64,000 nt of DNA from a virus: positions 32,001 through 96,000 of the IMG/VR virus record IMGVR_UViG_3300009370_000007, one strand, 5' to 3'. Numbering within the stretch: the stretch's first letter is position 1; each line of letters begins with the position of its first letter. Shown one piece after another: positions 1 through 10,332 of this stretch. Under the pieces are notes generated by a model, which worked only from the letters and a program-made list of their open reading frames with translations, ran no database searches and had not been told where the DNA came from. The position numbers and the translations under genes were made by a program.

Positions 1-179
1 CCTGCATTGTCTTTACGAAATTGTCTAAAGATTCCCGTTAACCCGAAGGCGGCAAAGGGGGGAGGAAATGAACGTAAATTAGTTGTTTTGTTTATACAAG
101 TTATTTCATCGTTTTCTTCGGTGCATTCAATAAAAATTAACAAATGATCTTGTGAGGTTATAATCTTAACTTTTCTCAT
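1..179 (-). CDS. hypothetical protein, partial (runs off the window start)
   Basis: Hand translation from ATG at 179 gives MRKVKIITSQDHLLIFIECTEENDEITCINKTTNLRSFPPPFAAFGLTGIFRQFRKDNA with no stop before position 1. It starts 5 nt after the stop of 185..409. Absent from the ORF track because it is truncated. Confidence 0.6.
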   Translation of the reverse strand, partial: MRKVKIITSQDHLLIFIECTEENDEITCINKTTNLRSFPPPFAAFGLTGIFRQFRKDNA

Positions 180-184
180 ATTAA

Positions 185-409
185 TTATCCCATATCTATA
201 TTGACATTTGCCTGGGGAGTTGCCGTCCTATAAGAAAGAACCAAAGTTGAAATTCTCTTATGCAAATCTTCAATATCAAGAGTTCCATCTTCTTTTAATT
301 CACATCCAATATTTTTTTTATCTAATATAACATTACCATTATCTTCAATGGTCACAACATACTTCCTCTTATTTAAATTTTCTTTATGTTTTGTTATTAT
401 AATGGCCAT
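185..409 (-). CDS. hypothetical protein (74 aa)
   Basis: ORF packed 2 nt after the 412..1629 gene, same strand; no recognisable motif. Confidence 0.65.
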   Translation of the reverse strand: MAIIITKHKENLNKRKYVVTIEDNGNVILDKKNIGCELKEDGTLDIEDLHKRISTLVLSYRTATPQANVNIDMG

Positions 410-411
410 TA

Positions 412-1629
412 TTAATGTTCCGTTCCCGCATCAAAATTACTATCCGAAGAACTGTCTCCGTCTGATCCTTTCATTGTGCCAGCCTGTAGTTTAATTATAT
501 ATTTACTTTGATCTGAGTCTGCCTGATCCCAAAAACTATGGTGATAAAGACATTCTCCTGCGGCACCTGCGGCTCCACCTGAGCTTCCTCCACCAGAAGT
601 TCCTGCCTGGCCAGCCCCTCCGAGAACTCCTCCGTCACCCCCGGCAGTACCAATGTCGGCAACTGCAACTCCACCGCCGCCGCCGCCTCCTCCTCCGTAT
701 ATTTTTCCGGTCGAGTGATTATAAATTTGAATTATTTGTTTTTTAGAAGTTGTTCCAATTCCATGACCACCATACTGACCATTAGTTGGTACATGAGTTG
801 CAGTAGAACCAGAAGAAGTAACTCCATCTGGAGCATTTGTTCCCGCCGATCCATCAGCAGAAGTAGTAGAAACTAAATTTCCTTCCCCAAAAACGCCATT
901 TGCTGCCCTTGTTTCGCTAACAGACATATCGGCCAAGCCAAGAGACGAACACCCGGCAGACCCGGAAAAGGGGAAATCTGGTAACTCTCCTCCAGGCGAT
1001 GTTTTATTTGAATCTAATGGATAGGGCCCCCAATTATCTCCCTGTTCATGGGCATCAACGGGCAAATCCCAATCTTGCAATCCAGACCCCCCGCCACCAC
1101 CACCACCAATTGCATTTTTGCTTACGGTAGCATGGTTATAAAAAGCACCACCCCGACCCGCCAAACCACCACTTCCAGCAATAATACCATGATTATGAAT
1201 AATAACTGTTGATCCATACGGAAACTCTCCAGTTAAAACTGCTGGTTCGGGAATCCAATATCCATTAAAGACATTATATGTATGTTCTTTTGTTCCCATT
1301 GCAACATCGGAAGGGATATTTATCACATAGACTCCTGGTGAGGTTACAGCAGAAACAGAATCTCCAATAAATTTTTGTCTTAGTGTGTTGTCTGCCCAAT
1401 TATCATATCCTTCTGATGCATATGAATCTGGACTTTCCCACCCAGGAAAAGAAGTTCTGGTCCATGTTGATCCGGTTGCATAATCTCTTCGCCAATGAAA
1501 TTTAGCAATTCCAGATATGACAGGAGTTTTTGCCCCATAGTTAGAATCTCCACCAGAGGATTCGGGAACTGTAGTGGCTTTTATTTCATAGTAAAAATGA
1601 GGAGGGCTAAAGTGAGTGCCTGGAAACAT
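412..1629 (-). CDS. glycine-rich fibre adhesin, T2/S16 gp38-like
   Basis: Motifs VIIHNHGIIAGSGGLAGRGG, GGGGGGGSG and IQIYNHSTGKIYGGGGGGGGG resemble the alternating beta-strand/polyglycine pattern of gp38-type adhesins. Directly follows a fibre gene. Confidence 0.6.
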   Translation of the reverse strand: MFPGTHFSPPHFYYEIKATTVPESSGGDSNYGAKTPVISGIAKFHWRRDYATGSTWTRTSFPGWESPDSYASEGYDNWADNTLRQKFIGDSVSAVTSPGVYVINIPSDVAMGTKEHTYNVFNGYWIPEPAVLTGEFPYGSTVIIHNHGIIAGSGGLAGRGGAFYNHATVSKNAIGGGGGGGSGLQDWDLPVDAHEQGDNWGPYPLDSNKTSPGGELPDFPFSGSAGCSSLGLADMSVSETRAANGVFGEGNLVSTTSADGSAGTNAPDGVTSSGSTATHVPTNGQYGGHGIGTTSKKQIIQIYNHSTGKIYGGGGGGGGGVAVADIGTAGGDGGVLGGAGQAGTSGGGSSGGAAGAAGECLYHHSFWDQADSDQSKYIIKLQAGTMKGSDGDSSSDSNFDAGTEH

Positions 1630-1639
1630 TTATGAACTC

Positions 1640-2962
1640 CTATTGATATGTAAGTCCTGTTGTTGCATATACAAAAGTTGAATTTGCAACAACCAAAGAA
1701 ATTATATCACTAGATCGTCTAGCTGTAGAGAGTGCCGTAACATATCCGCCAGGGTACTTTGGTGTTGTGCTACTATGCCATTCCCAAGTTCGATTTCCTG
1801 TAGTATCTTGGGTAATAATAAAAGTGAATGCACAACCAACTACATTTGCAATATTTAAAAGCTCCACAGTTACATTATGCCCGAGTGTAATATGAAATAA
1901 GTTTGAATCTTGTAAGTCTATTTGCAAAGCTGAACCTGAACTACTAACAACTGTTGGCGTGGCTCCCTGTGCCTTACCCCAAAGGTTGACTGTACTTGTG
2001 CTATTGAAGGTTGCCGTCTGGGCAGTTAAACTTGCAAGCTCGGTGTCTTGAATTGTGTTTGCCGCAGCAACAGCAGTATCAACATAAGATTCTGTTGCAA
2101 AGCCTGTTGCGCCATCAGCAGAAAGAACAAACTTACCATCTGAACTGCTATACTTTAGGATTTGACCATCGGAAGGAGTACCAGACTTGACATCATCTTG
2201 ATCCATGATGCGAACAACACCAGTACCAGGGCCATCTGCAAGAGATCCCATAAGAGATCGCCTTGCCTGTCTTACCTGAACTGCAACGTCTTCTCTTAGT
2301 GCATCAAAATTTTCTTCTATTTTTTTGGTATTGCCCGATTCTCCGGGTTCGCCCTTGTCGCCTTTCGCGCCCTGAAAGCCCCGTTCACCTTTGGGACCAA
2401 CGGTTCCAATGTCTCCCCTGTCTCCCTTTGGCCCGTCATCGCCTTTTTGTCCGCGTTGTCCTCTGGCACCTCGATTACCGGGAACACCTTGCAGACCTTG
2501 TTCACCTAAAAGACCCCTTGGCCCTATTTCTCCGCGATCACCCTTGTCTCCCTTTTCGCCTCTTTCGCCACTTTCACCGGAATCTCCAGTAAGTCCTTGA
2601 ATGCCCTGAAGACCCTGTTCGCCCTGTGGGCCCTGTTCGCCTATGAATCCTCGTTCTCCTCGTTCGCCTTTGGGTCCGACATCTCCAATTTCTCCGGGGC
2701 GTCCTTGTTCACCAAGAAATCCACGTTCACCACGTTCGCCTTGTGCGCCAACATCTCCCTTCTCGCCCTGGGGGCCAGGAGGGCCACCAGGATCTCCTTG
2801 GTCGCCCTTGGGTCCGCGTTCACCCTGGGCTCCAACCTCCCCCTTTGTGTCCGTGGGAAAAGATTCTCTAAGTCGTTCTTCTGATTTTTCTACTTCTTCG
2901 TTTACATATTGAACAATAGGACGAAGAAGATTTTTAAGATTCTTGTTCTCGTTCATGGCCAT
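1640..2962 (-). CDS. collagen-like fibre protein with C-terminal fibre-tip-like domain
   Basis: About 57 Gly-X-Y triplets, then the fibre motif [18 protein letters not shown] and a C-terminal domain ([10 protein letters not shown]...[14 protein letters not shown]...YPGG...DIISL). Start placed at ATG 2962 (GAAGGA upstream) rather than 3013. Confidence 0.85.
   Translation of the reverse strand: MAMNENKNLKNLLRPIVQYVNEEVEKSEERLRESFPTDTKGEVGAQGERGPKGDQGDPGGPPGPQGEKGDVGAQGERGERGFLGEQGRPGEIGDVGPKGERGERGFIGEQGPQGEQGLQGIQGLTGDSGESGERGEKGDKGDRGEIGPRGLLGEQGLQGVPGNRGARGQRGQKGDDGPKGDRGDIGTVGPKGERGFQGAKGDKGEPGESGNTKKIEENFDALREDVAVQVRQARRSLMGSLADGPGTGVVRIMDQDDVKSGTPSDGQILKYSSSDGKFVLSADGATGFATESYVDTAVAAANTIQDTELASLTAQTATFNSTSTVNLWGKAQGATPTVVSSSGSALQIDLQDSNLFHITLGHNVTVELLNIANVVGCAFTFIITQDTTGNRTWEWHSSTTPKYPGGYVTALSTARRSSDIISLVVANSTFVYATTGLTYQ
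2327..2842 (-). repeat. Gly-X-Y collagen repeat tract (6 + 51 triplets, one interruption)
   Basis: Counted in the translation: [25 protein letters not shown] ... GEP GES GNT. Confidence 0.95.
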
Positions 2963-4679
2963 TTCCTTCTTCTGAAACAACTTCTTCAAAAATTTCTTCA
3001 ACATCATCTGCATCTTCTAAGACTGAAGAATCATTATAGAGGTTAAGAACTTTAGCTGATTGACCATGAATTTTTTCTGCTGCAATGGGCTGATCGGGTT
3101 TCGGTGCTGCTGAAGGTCCTGGTGGTGGTGGTGGTGCTGCTGCCGGGGGTGGGGGGGCTTGTTGCATAGGCATTTCTTCTGGATCTATTCCAACACCATC
3201 TTCTTCTCCTTCTTTTTCTTCCTTTTTAATTTGTGCAGCAATGACTTCAATGTCTTCATCAGTCTGACCAAGAATATTTTTTCGTACCCATTCATTTGAA
3301 TAGTATTTTCCAATATACTCATCCATCGTTTGAACAATTTCAAGTTTTTCGCGCATCATTTCAGTTAGTTTTAATTCAGAGAAATGAGAATCATTAATGA
3401 AATTATATTGAATATCATCCTTGATTAAAATCCAGTCTTCTTCTGTCAAGACTCCCCTTAACCGAAGTTGAGTTTTTAGAAGATTATCAAAAAGAAGAGA
3501 GAACCTCTTTCGCAGTCTAGAGATAAACTTAGAAAACTTGACTTCATCCCGAGTAATTTCTGTTGCCCGTCCTAGACTGAAAGTTCCTTCTGGCTCCATT
3601 CGAGATATTGGAATACCAAGAGCCTTATATAATTTCTTTTGAAAGTAGATGATGTCTTCAATCTCTCCAAGATTAGTTCCACCGGGAAGAGTTGTGATCT
3701 CTGTTCCTCGTCCACCTTCACGTCGAGGTAGCCAATAGTCTTCAAGCATGGACATGAACTTTCGATCATCCCGAACTTCGCCAGTTTGTGCATCATATAC
3801 AATCTTGTTCTTGTACTGATTCATAATACCCTTGAGGTATTGTTCTGCCTTCATCTTGGGAAGATTGCCAACATCAATATAAAAGATTCTTCGTTCAGGT
3901 GCCCGGGAAATTCGATAGATGACTGTTGCGTCCTCTAACATACGAAGTTGATTGAGTGGCTTGATTGCCTTATGAAGATGAGAAAGAATTAAAGTTTTAT
4001 TTGAATTTAAAATTCCAGAATGAACATAACAAATCGAATCCTTTGCAATCTTAAGGCCCTGTCCACCTCCCTTTATGCCTGCCGGATTAAACATGAAATA
4101 TTCAATAGAAGAGGGGGCAGTAATTGTTTTGGCTGTTTGGTTAGAAATATCCTTTACTTCACGAATCTTTTTAATCTGTCTTGGATCTATTGGTCGAAGT
4201 TCATATATACCATTTTTGGGTTTTGTAGTATCAATCATAATATGATAATATAACCTTCCATCTACATACCATCGACGGAAAATATCATAGGCATAATCAT
4301 TGAAATCTAAAAGTTTAATGACCTCTTCAAATTCATCTCTTATTTTAGTTTTAATAGATTCTTTCACGTCAACACGATCTAGTACAATAGAAACTGGTGG
4401 CTTTCCACGATCATTCATAATAATTGCTTCATTGACAATATCATCAACGGCAAGTTCCGCTTCTGGGTACAATGCCATTTCTCGATATTTTGAAATCAAC
4501 TCTATTTCGTTTTTAATGTTTCCATCTAAATCATAATACTGACCATATGCGGCAGCCGATTGAGCAATCGTTGCTGCGGCATCATCGTTATCGGGTAATG
4601 TAAATGATTGAACTGCCGGAGGAGTTTCTTCTACTACTTCATCTCGGCCTATTGTAAAGCCAAATAATTTAATTGCCAT
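2934..4679 (-). CDS. gp20: portal vertex protein
   Basis: Signature motifs [41 protein letters not shown] and [22 protein letters not shown]; follows gp19. Confidence 0.98.
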   Translation of the reverse strand: MAIKLFGFTIGRDEVVEETPPAVQSFTLPDNDDAAATIAQSAAAYGQYYDLDGNIKNEIELISKYREMALYPEAELAVDDIVNEAIIMNDRGKPPVSIVLDRVDVKESIKTKIRDEFEEVIKLLDFNDYAYDIFRRWYVDGRLYYHIMIDTTKPKNGIYELRPIDPRQIKKIREVKDISNQTAKTITAPSSIEYFMFNPAGIKGGGQGLKIAKDSICYVHSGILNSNKTLILSHLHKAIKPLNQLRMLEDATVIYRISRAPERRIFYIDVGNLPKMKAEQYLKGIMNQYKNKIVYDAQTGEVRDDRKFMSMLEDYWLPRREGGRGTEITTLPGGTNLGEIEDIIYFQKKLYKALGIPISRMEPEGTFSLGRATEITRDEVKFSKFISRLRKRFSLLFDNLLKTQLRLRGVLTEEDWILIKDDIQYNFINDSHFSELKLTEMMREKLEIVQTMDEYIGKYYSNEWVRKNILGQTDEDIEVIAAQIKKEEKEGEEDGVGIDPEEMPMQQAPPPPAAAPPPPPGPSAAPKPDQPIAAEKIHGQSAKVLNLYNDSSVLEDADDVEEIFEEVVSEEGNGHEREQES

Positions 4680-4728
4680 TTTTAATTTTCCTCATACGAA
4701 CGAATTAATATTGCGTTCAAGTGAATTT

Positions 4729-4764
4729 AAAAAAAAGGAGCCCATACTATAATATATAGGCTCC
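4729..4764 (-). terminator. intrinsic terminator between gp19 and gp20
   Basis: Minus-strand RNA GGAGCCUAUA-8 nt loop-UAUGGGCUCC (10 bp stem, one G-U pair) followed by U8. Confidence 0.8.
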
Positions 4765-4817
4765 CTCTTATTACACTTTTTTATAATAATATAATAATCA
4801 ATCCAACAAATATAGAA

Positions 4818-5366
4818 CTAGTGAGTTTGAAGGTCAGCATCTTCAATTGCCCAATAATCATACATCCAAGTTACTGCAAACTCTTCTAGAACATCATTGG
4901 TATCCCAACCAAGATCAATTGGTGTTAATGACGAAGGCCAGAGATTGATAAAGTTAACCTTTTTAATGATTTCTCCAGTTTTTCCGTAATGATTTACTTG
5001 GGCATCAACTTGATAGTCCGTGGTAGATTCTACGCCACGGGCATTGTTAGAGTGTTGATTGATTAAATCCATCCAGCCTGTGATTGCAGAATGAACTCTG
5101 AAGTCTTCATCATTAATTACTGTAGTTGACCATTCGGCAAAGGTTCTATTTCCTGCATACTTAATCATTCGACCGAAATAAGGAACTTCTACTGTTCCAA
5201 TATCTCCGCCAGGGATTTGTGCAGCCTTACACATGAAAGTCATTTTTTGTGATGCTGTTGAATTATCAACAACCCCACTAGGAAATGGAACAACGACCTC
5301 AAATAGATTGGGTCGGGCTCCACCACCAGTTAGGTTTGATCTAAAATCTTGAACTGAAAAAGGCAT
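4818..5366 (-). CDS. gp19: tail tube protein
   Basis: GGARPNLFEV, FMCKAAQIPG, VPYFGRMIKYAGNRTFAEW, EEFAVTWMYDYW; follows the sheath gene. Confidence 0.97.
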   Translation of the reverse strand: MPFSVQDFRSNLTGGGARPNLFEVVVPFPSGVVDNSTASQKMTFMCKAAQIPGGDIGTVEVPYFGRMIKYAGNRTFAEWSTTVINDEDFRVHSAITGWMDLINQHSNNARGVESTTDYQVDAQVNHYGKTGEIIKKVNFINLWPSSLTPIDLGWDTNDVLEEFAVTWMYDYWAIEDADLQTH

Positions 5367-5392
5367 TATTGATTCTCCTTATATTTCTAATA

Positions 5393-5400
5393 TATTTATT
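5393..5400 (-). promoter_or_regulatory. probable late promoter variant (AATAAATA) for gp19
   Basis: 7/8 match to TATAAATA, 26 nt upstream of the gp19 ATG and ahead of an AGGAG ribosome binding site. Confidence 0.55.
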
Positions 5401-7339
5401 AGAATTGCCCAACTATTTCTGCAAAATCAACTCCAGTTCTCACCGCAACAAAATTTAATTGAATGAAATTGATTGATCGGTTAGGCTTGATGTAGATGTC
5501 CCCAACAAACTCGTTTCGATCAATTACCCCCGGAGTATTGTTTGTTTCGTCACAAACAACCCGGAAATCCGTCACGCCCCTTCGTCCTTGAATATCCCGA
5601 AGGAATGGCTCTACCATGTTTCGGAATTGAGCCCGAGTAAACTCGTCGTTGAATTCAAAGAGTGAGAATTTAGAAGCAGTTGAGATTGCCTTTTCTAGAA
5701 CAATGAACAGCCTTCGTACATTGATTCGATCAAATGCACTTGGCTTGCTCTGTAGTGTCTTATCACCAAATAGAACTGTTCCTTGACCGGGGAAGGTCAC
5801 AACCGGATTAATTCCCTTACGATAGAGATCGTCTCGATGTGCCTTCTTTGGATTCCATGCGAGGCGAACAACATTCTTTAGTTGTCCTCGATTAAATCCA
5901 GCAGGACTCCACCATGCATCCCTCTGATAATCTGTTCTTGCACAAAGACCAGCAATATCAGCATTTAGAGGAACCCAACGATACATATTGTTATACCGAT
6001 CAAACTGATACTTCCAGCCACTATCCATTGTTGCATAGGAACTGTCAACATGACCGGCGCGATGCGCCAGAACTTCTGTCAATACCAACGAATCAGTAGC
6101 CCGTCCTTGAACATCAGCCTTGTCCGGTGAAATAAATGCGAGACAGTCCTTACGTTTTTCTGCAACACTTTGAATCACATATTTCTGATCGGTTACGTCT
6201 AGTTCTCCAGCAATAAGCATTGAAACGTCTACTTCATCAGCATCTATAAATTTTGCATAGGCGGATTGCCATTCTGCTGAAGACGTTGCGCTCGCAGTTC
6301 CATCATTTCCACCAACAAGTGAATATGCCAATGGAACATGATGAGTTTCAAATGGAGTTCCGTTTGCAATTAATTCCCTTGCATCCAAGCCCCAAGTAGT
6401 AGTTGCCCGAGGATCTTTCCCTGCATAGCTAACGCCATATCCTGTACCAACATTTGCAACTCCAAGTGTGGGCGTTGGCATGGTTCCATTATTTGCCAAT
6501 GTAATATTATCTTGATAAACCTGACCGGCAGAATTTACCCAAATATATGGAGATGTGGCATTAATTTCGTCTCTCCAATAGCTTCCACTACCATCCTCAT
6601 GTTGTCCTTGAATAGACTTTGAAAGATATTGATATTTCTCAAGAATTGTATTCTTGGTTCCTGTGATGAGCCCATCTTCGTCAATAACAAGAACATGAAG
6701 TTCATCTTTCACTCCGTCACTAGTACCATCAACGTGTCCAAAACTATTGGCCCAAGAAGAAGTACCGGGAGGTCCATCAAATATGCTATTGGCGTGAATA
6801 CCAGTAGCTCCAACGCCACCATCGGCTCCCTGTCCCGTGTATGTATCAATTCCTCCCTCGGATGTCTTACTTGCATCTGTATTAAATGCCTCGTTGCTGT
6901 CGAAGACAATAACCTTAAGAGAATTTCCTAGTGCCCCAGGAAATTTTGCAATAAAAGTACCAGAACCAGCCGTTACACCATCATCATAATCTCTTCGAGT
7001 TTTAACTTGAACTCGCTTTAATTTTTGATCTCCATGAAAAGTTGAATTGATAGCGTTAGAAGATGCATTATATGATCCTGCCAAATTGGTACGAACTGCC
7101 TTTAGGTGATTTGCATATTGAAGGAAGTTTGCTGCGGATAGCCATTGAACTGCCGTATTACTATTTGGCTTTCCGAAAATGCTTTCCAATTCATCTTCAC
7201 TAGTAATAGTGGTAATTTCTTCTACCGGACCCCAAACAGCAGGCAGAGCAATACCCGCAACACTAGTAGATACTGCGGGAACTATTGTAGTCAAATCAAC
7301 TTCTGATACATTAACTCCCGGTGATACTTGAAATGCCAT
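5399..7339 (-). CDS. gp18: contractile tail sheath protein
   Basis: MAFQVSPGVNVSEVDLT start; WWSPAGFNRG, SAFDRINVRRLF and FEFNDEFTR motifs. Confidence 0.98.
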   Translation of the reverse strand: MAFQVSPGVNVSEVDLTTIVPAVSTSVAGIALPAVWGPVEEITTITSEDELESIFGKPNSNTAVQWLSAANFLQYANHLKAVRTNLAGSYNASSNAINSTFHGDQKLKRVQVKTRRDYDDGVTAGSGTFIAKFPGALGNSLKVIVFDSNEAFNTDASKTSEGGIDTYTGQGADGGVGATGIHANSIFDGPPGTSSWANSFGHVDGTSDGVKDELHVLVIDEDGLITGTKNTILEKYQYLSKSIQGQHEDGSGSYWRDEINATSPYIWVNSAGQVYQDNITLANNGTMPTPTLGVANVGTGYGVSYAGKDPRATTTWGLDARELIANGTPFETHHVPLAYSLVGGNDGTASATSSAEWQSAYAKFIDADEVDVSMLIAGELDVTDQKYVIQSVAEKRKDCLAFISPDKADVQGRATDSLVLTEVLAHRAGHVDSSYATMDSGWKYQFDRYNNMYRWVPLNADIAGLCARTDYQRDAWWSPAGFNRGQLKNVVRLAWNPKKAHRDDLYRKGINPVVTFPGQGTVLFGDKTLQSKPSAFDRINVRRLFIVLEKAISTASKFSLFEFNDEFTRAQFRNMVEPFLRDIQGRRGVTDFRVVCDETNNTPGVIDRNEFVGDIYIKPNRSINFIQLNFVAVRTGVDFAEIVGQF

Positions 7340-7396
7340 TAGTTTTCTCCTCGTTATTCCATAGTTTACTAAAACATAAACCCATGATCCTAACGA

Positions 7397-7404
7397 TATT
7401 TATA
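7397..7404 (-). promoter_or_regulatory. T4-type late promoter TATAAATA upstream of gp18
   Basis: Exact consensus in the gp17-gp18 intergenic gap, within the palindrome TATTTATAAATA (7397-7408). Confidence 0.85.
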
Positions 7405-7416
7405 AATAACTAAATT

Positions 7417-9051
7417 TTAGACTCTAAAGATAGGATCGACCACAGACCACGAAGTCCCATCTTCGTCAGTCCAGTCGGAGGCATCATCTACTCCGTCGTC
7501 AATGAATCCAAATGGAAGAATTTCGTCTTCCATTAATTTCATCTTTTCATCATACATCATTCTTCGGACATCAAGATTTGTGGTATCCTTGAAATATTGT
7601 TGAGTTGTGAGCCATGCAAACAATACCAAGGTCATGGCGAGGTCATCAAAACATCCTGCTTCGGCCTGGTAAGATTGTCCTTGGGCAATAAAAGAAGTCA
7701 ATTCAGAAATTGTATCAAAATCATATATCAATAATTTATCTTCCTCAATCAAAGTTTTTAGATTGCTGCATCCAATTTGTTTTACTTTTTTTGTGGTCTT
7801 AATTCCATATTGTGATTGTACAGAAAATCCTCCGGTTAACATTTGACCGGCTCTTCCCTTCACACTAACCTTTAAAAGATTTTCATATTCAAAATCATGA
7901 TGAATAATATCAGCTACCTGTTGACCAATATCATTAATTTCAATAAAAACAAAGGCCTCATTATATTTTTTGGCAACATTATGAATTACTGTTGGATACA
8001 TTAATGGGGAAATTTTACTGTTCTTATATTTGGCAACCTGTTTATAGGGAACCTCAGAGGCATCAATCACAGAGAATGCAGAATAGTCCATGCCTTCCCC
8101 ATGAGAAACATCCACTATAATTACATAGGATCTTCCGGGTTCTGGCATTTCATAAATGTCCAAGAAGTTTTGACTCGACAAAGGAACCTTAAAGGGCATT
8201 GCTTTTAATTTATTGGCAGCAATTAATGTATTGACTGATCCAATAAAATCACACTCAAATTCCTGTGCAAATTGTTCTTCACTCGTATTCGATATGGTTT
8301 CAAGTTTCCATTTTAAATCTCTGCCCGGTACTTCGTTCCATGCAACTTCGATTGGTACATAGTGGCTTCTTTTTTCTACTGCATCTGTCCACATCTTATA
8401 GAAATGATTCATTCCATGAGGGGTACTGACAATAATAACCTTGGTGGACTTACCAGAAGAAATCGTAGGATAGACTGAACTAAAGAATTCGTCTGCAATG
8501 TGCTTGGGAACGAATGCAAATTCGTCCAGCATGATGATGTTATATGTTCCACCACGAACTGCACTAGAGGATGTTGATGCAGCCACAATTTTAGATCCAT
8601 TTTCTAAATGAATATCTCCTCGATTCCAAATTTTAACCCCTTGCTGTAAAAAGATGGGAAGATTTTCATAGGCAAGTTGAAGTCTGCCCAGAATTTCCCG
8701 AGCGAGAGAGCCCTTATTTGCAAGAATGGCAATATTAACATCTTGATTGAATAAAATATACCAAAGAAAATATGAAATAACCATTGTGGTCTTCCCACTC
8801 TGGCGTGGAAGTTTTGCAATTGAGAAGCGATTCTTGTGGAATGTCTTGACCATCTTTTTTTGAAAGCCATACATCTTAAGGGGAACCAACCCCTTGTCCA
8901 CATTGACAATCTTCATATAATTTTCAATAAAATAAACCGGATTTTTAGAACATTTAACGTACTCTTGTAGTTCTTCTTCAGTCCATTCAGAAGTAACTCC
9001 GACGGCCTTTAGCAATGGATTGCCCATATACCGATCTGTCATTGTTGCCAT
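7417..9051 (-). CDS. gp17: terminase large subunit
   Basis: YMGNPLLK, Walker A PRQSGKTT, Walker B IIMLDEFAF, IIVSTPHG, nuclease residues VDVSHG and DDLAM. Confidence 0.98.
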   Translation of the reverse strand: MATMTDRYMGNPLLKAVGVTSEWTEEELQEYVKCSKNPVYFIENYMKIVNVDKGLVPLKMYGFQKKMVKTFHKNRFSIAKLPRQSGKTTMVISYFLWYILFNQDVNIAILANKGSLAREILGRLQLAYENLPIFLQQGVKIWNRGDIHLENGSKIVAASTSSSAVRGGTYNIIMLDEFAFVPKHIADEFFSSVYPTISSGKSTKVIIVSTPHGMNHFYKMWTDAVEKRSHYVPIEVAWNEVPGRDLKWKLETISNTSEEQFAQEFECDFIGSVNTLIAANKLKAMPFKVPLSSQNFLDIYEMPEPGRSYVIIVDVSHGEGMDYSAFSVIDASEVPYKQVAKYKNSKISPLMYPTVIHNVAKKYNEAFVFIEINDIGQQVADIIHHDFEYENLLKVSVKGRAGQMLTGGFSVQSQYGIKTTKKVKQIGCSNLKTLIEEDKLLIYDFDTISELTSFIAQGQSYQAEAGCFDDLAMTLVLFAWLTTQQYFKDTTNLDVRRMMYDEKMKLMEDEILPFGFIDDGVDDASDWTDEDGTSWSVVDPIFRV

Positions 9052-9405
9052 TTATTTTTTGCCATCCTTTAATAGCTTTTGAAGATCAAGCGTACTCCCT
9101 ACGAACAATGCATTGGTTACAGACTTAGGGCCTTCCTTTTCCTTTAGGGTCTTCATCTTCTTCTGTAGTTCAATTAAATCATTATTGGTATCAGAAACCG
9201 TTTTGATGATCTGTCCCACGACTTCATATGCCCGGGGATGATCGCTTTCCTTAGCTAATTCTAGAATCCCGTCCAGAGCTTCGGTTCCTTTATCAATAAG
9301 TGATTTTAAATTGTCTCTTGTGTATTCGTAATCTGAATCTATGTCTTCTTCGCGATTTGTTGCCGGAAGAACAGCATCCAGCACTTCAAGTTCTTTGCTT
9401 TTCAT
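9052..9405 (-). CDS. gp16: terminase small subunit
   Basis: DYEYTRDNL...HPRAYEV...NALFVGSTLDLQK; immediately upstream of gp17. Confidence 0.95.
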   Translation of the reverse strand: MKSKELEVLDAVLPATNREEDIDSDYEYTRDNLKSLIDKGTEALDGILELAKESDHPRAYEVVGQIIKTVSDTNNDLIELQKKMKTLKEKEGPKSVTNALFVGSTLDLQKLLKDGKK

Positions 9406-9420
9406 AAAATAAACCTTTTA

Positions 9421-10332
9421 TTATACGACTACCGTATTTGCAATCATAATGGTTAAATCTGTTGCAATTCCAAATGGATCATTTGCATCAATCTTATCTA
9501 TGCCTACAGAATTTGCAGTATTTGTGGTTGCTGTCTTTGTTCCATCAATTGCAACATTCATTGCCGGTCTGGTTGTTATAACAGACATAGTAGCATTGGA
9601 AGTAGATTGATAAGTGGTTCTGGTATTACTCACAGAACCATTGCTCGCAATAACTTCCGATATTGTATTTCCACTAACAGGTCGAAGATTTATAATAGCT
9701 TTCTTGATAACCTTGGCATCTGCAACAGAACCATAAAGCATTCCCTTAAGAATAAAATCAAGTGTCCATGTAATAATTCTTCGGTCATCAAATCCCCCTT
9801 CAAAATTATCTTCCAACGTAACTGCGGATAAAATAATTGGAACATCGACTTTTATTCCAAGGTCGGTTGCTCCCTTTAATGTAACTGTAAATTCAGGAGT
9901 AAAATAAGGAAGAATTTGCTCAATAATATTTGTGCCATCTTCAATATTTTTAATATAGATGTTCAAACTAAATCCAACATCATAGGGCACCGGAGCATAG
10001 GTTCCTGTTACATAACTATTGCCCGTTGTCGTAGTAATTCTTTTTACTGTTCGATTTACTGTATTTAATTTTCTCTCAGCAGAATATGTCACCGAAGTCA
10101 TTTCAAATGACATTCGGGGCAATGTAATTTGAGATCGACGATCCAAATTTAAATCATGATTAATTCTTTGAATAAATCGTTGTTTTGGTGCATAGGTTAA
10201 TGGAACTGCGATGAGCTGTGTTTCTGTCGCACTTTCGCCGGGGCGCTTAATTCTAATGTTATTGAATAGTGTGCCAAAGGCAGTAACATAATCCCTAATT
10301 AAACCATGTGAAGTTGAATTTGCTGCCAACAT
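9421..10332 (-). CDS. gp15: tail sheath stabiliser and completion protein
   Basis: FGTLFNNI, VPLTYAPKQRF, LPRMSFE, PVPYD, IIEQILPYFTP motifs; synteny. Confidence 0.95.
   Translation of the reverse strand: MLAANSTSHGLIRDYVTAFGTLFNNIRIKRPGESATETQLIAVPLTYAPKQRFIQRINHDLNLDRRSQITLPRMSFEMTSVTYSAERKLNTVNRTVKRITTTTGNSYVTGTYAPVPYDVGFSLNIYIKNIEDGTNIIEQILPYFTPEFTVTLKGATDLGIKVDVPIILSAVTLEDNFEGGFDDRRIITWTLDFILKGMLYGSVADAKVIKKAIINLRPVSGNTISEVIASNGSVSNTRTTYQSTSNATMSVITTRPAMNVAIDGTKTATTNTANSVGIDKIDANDPFGIATDLTIMIANTVVV

Noticed and set aside
2263-2912. Plus-strand Pro/Ser-rich ORFs and alternative-frame ORFs over the collagen tract
   Set aside because: Shadows of the Gly-X-Y codon periodicity (GGN read as NCC); no independent signals.
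2934-3013. Possible frameshift fusing the portal to the collagen fibre
   Set aside because: It would need a +1 shift. I see no convincing shift site or stimulator, and the collagen gene has its own SD and ATG at 2962.
7401-7408. Plus-strand TATAAATA that could drive antisense RNA into gp17
   Set aside because: It arises from the palindromic overlap with the real minus-strand promoter in AT-rich DNA; nothing else supports it.
2934-9051. Introns, inteins or homing endonucleases in gp17-gp20
   Set aside because: Frames are continuous and of ordinary length, with no splicing or endonuclease motifs.
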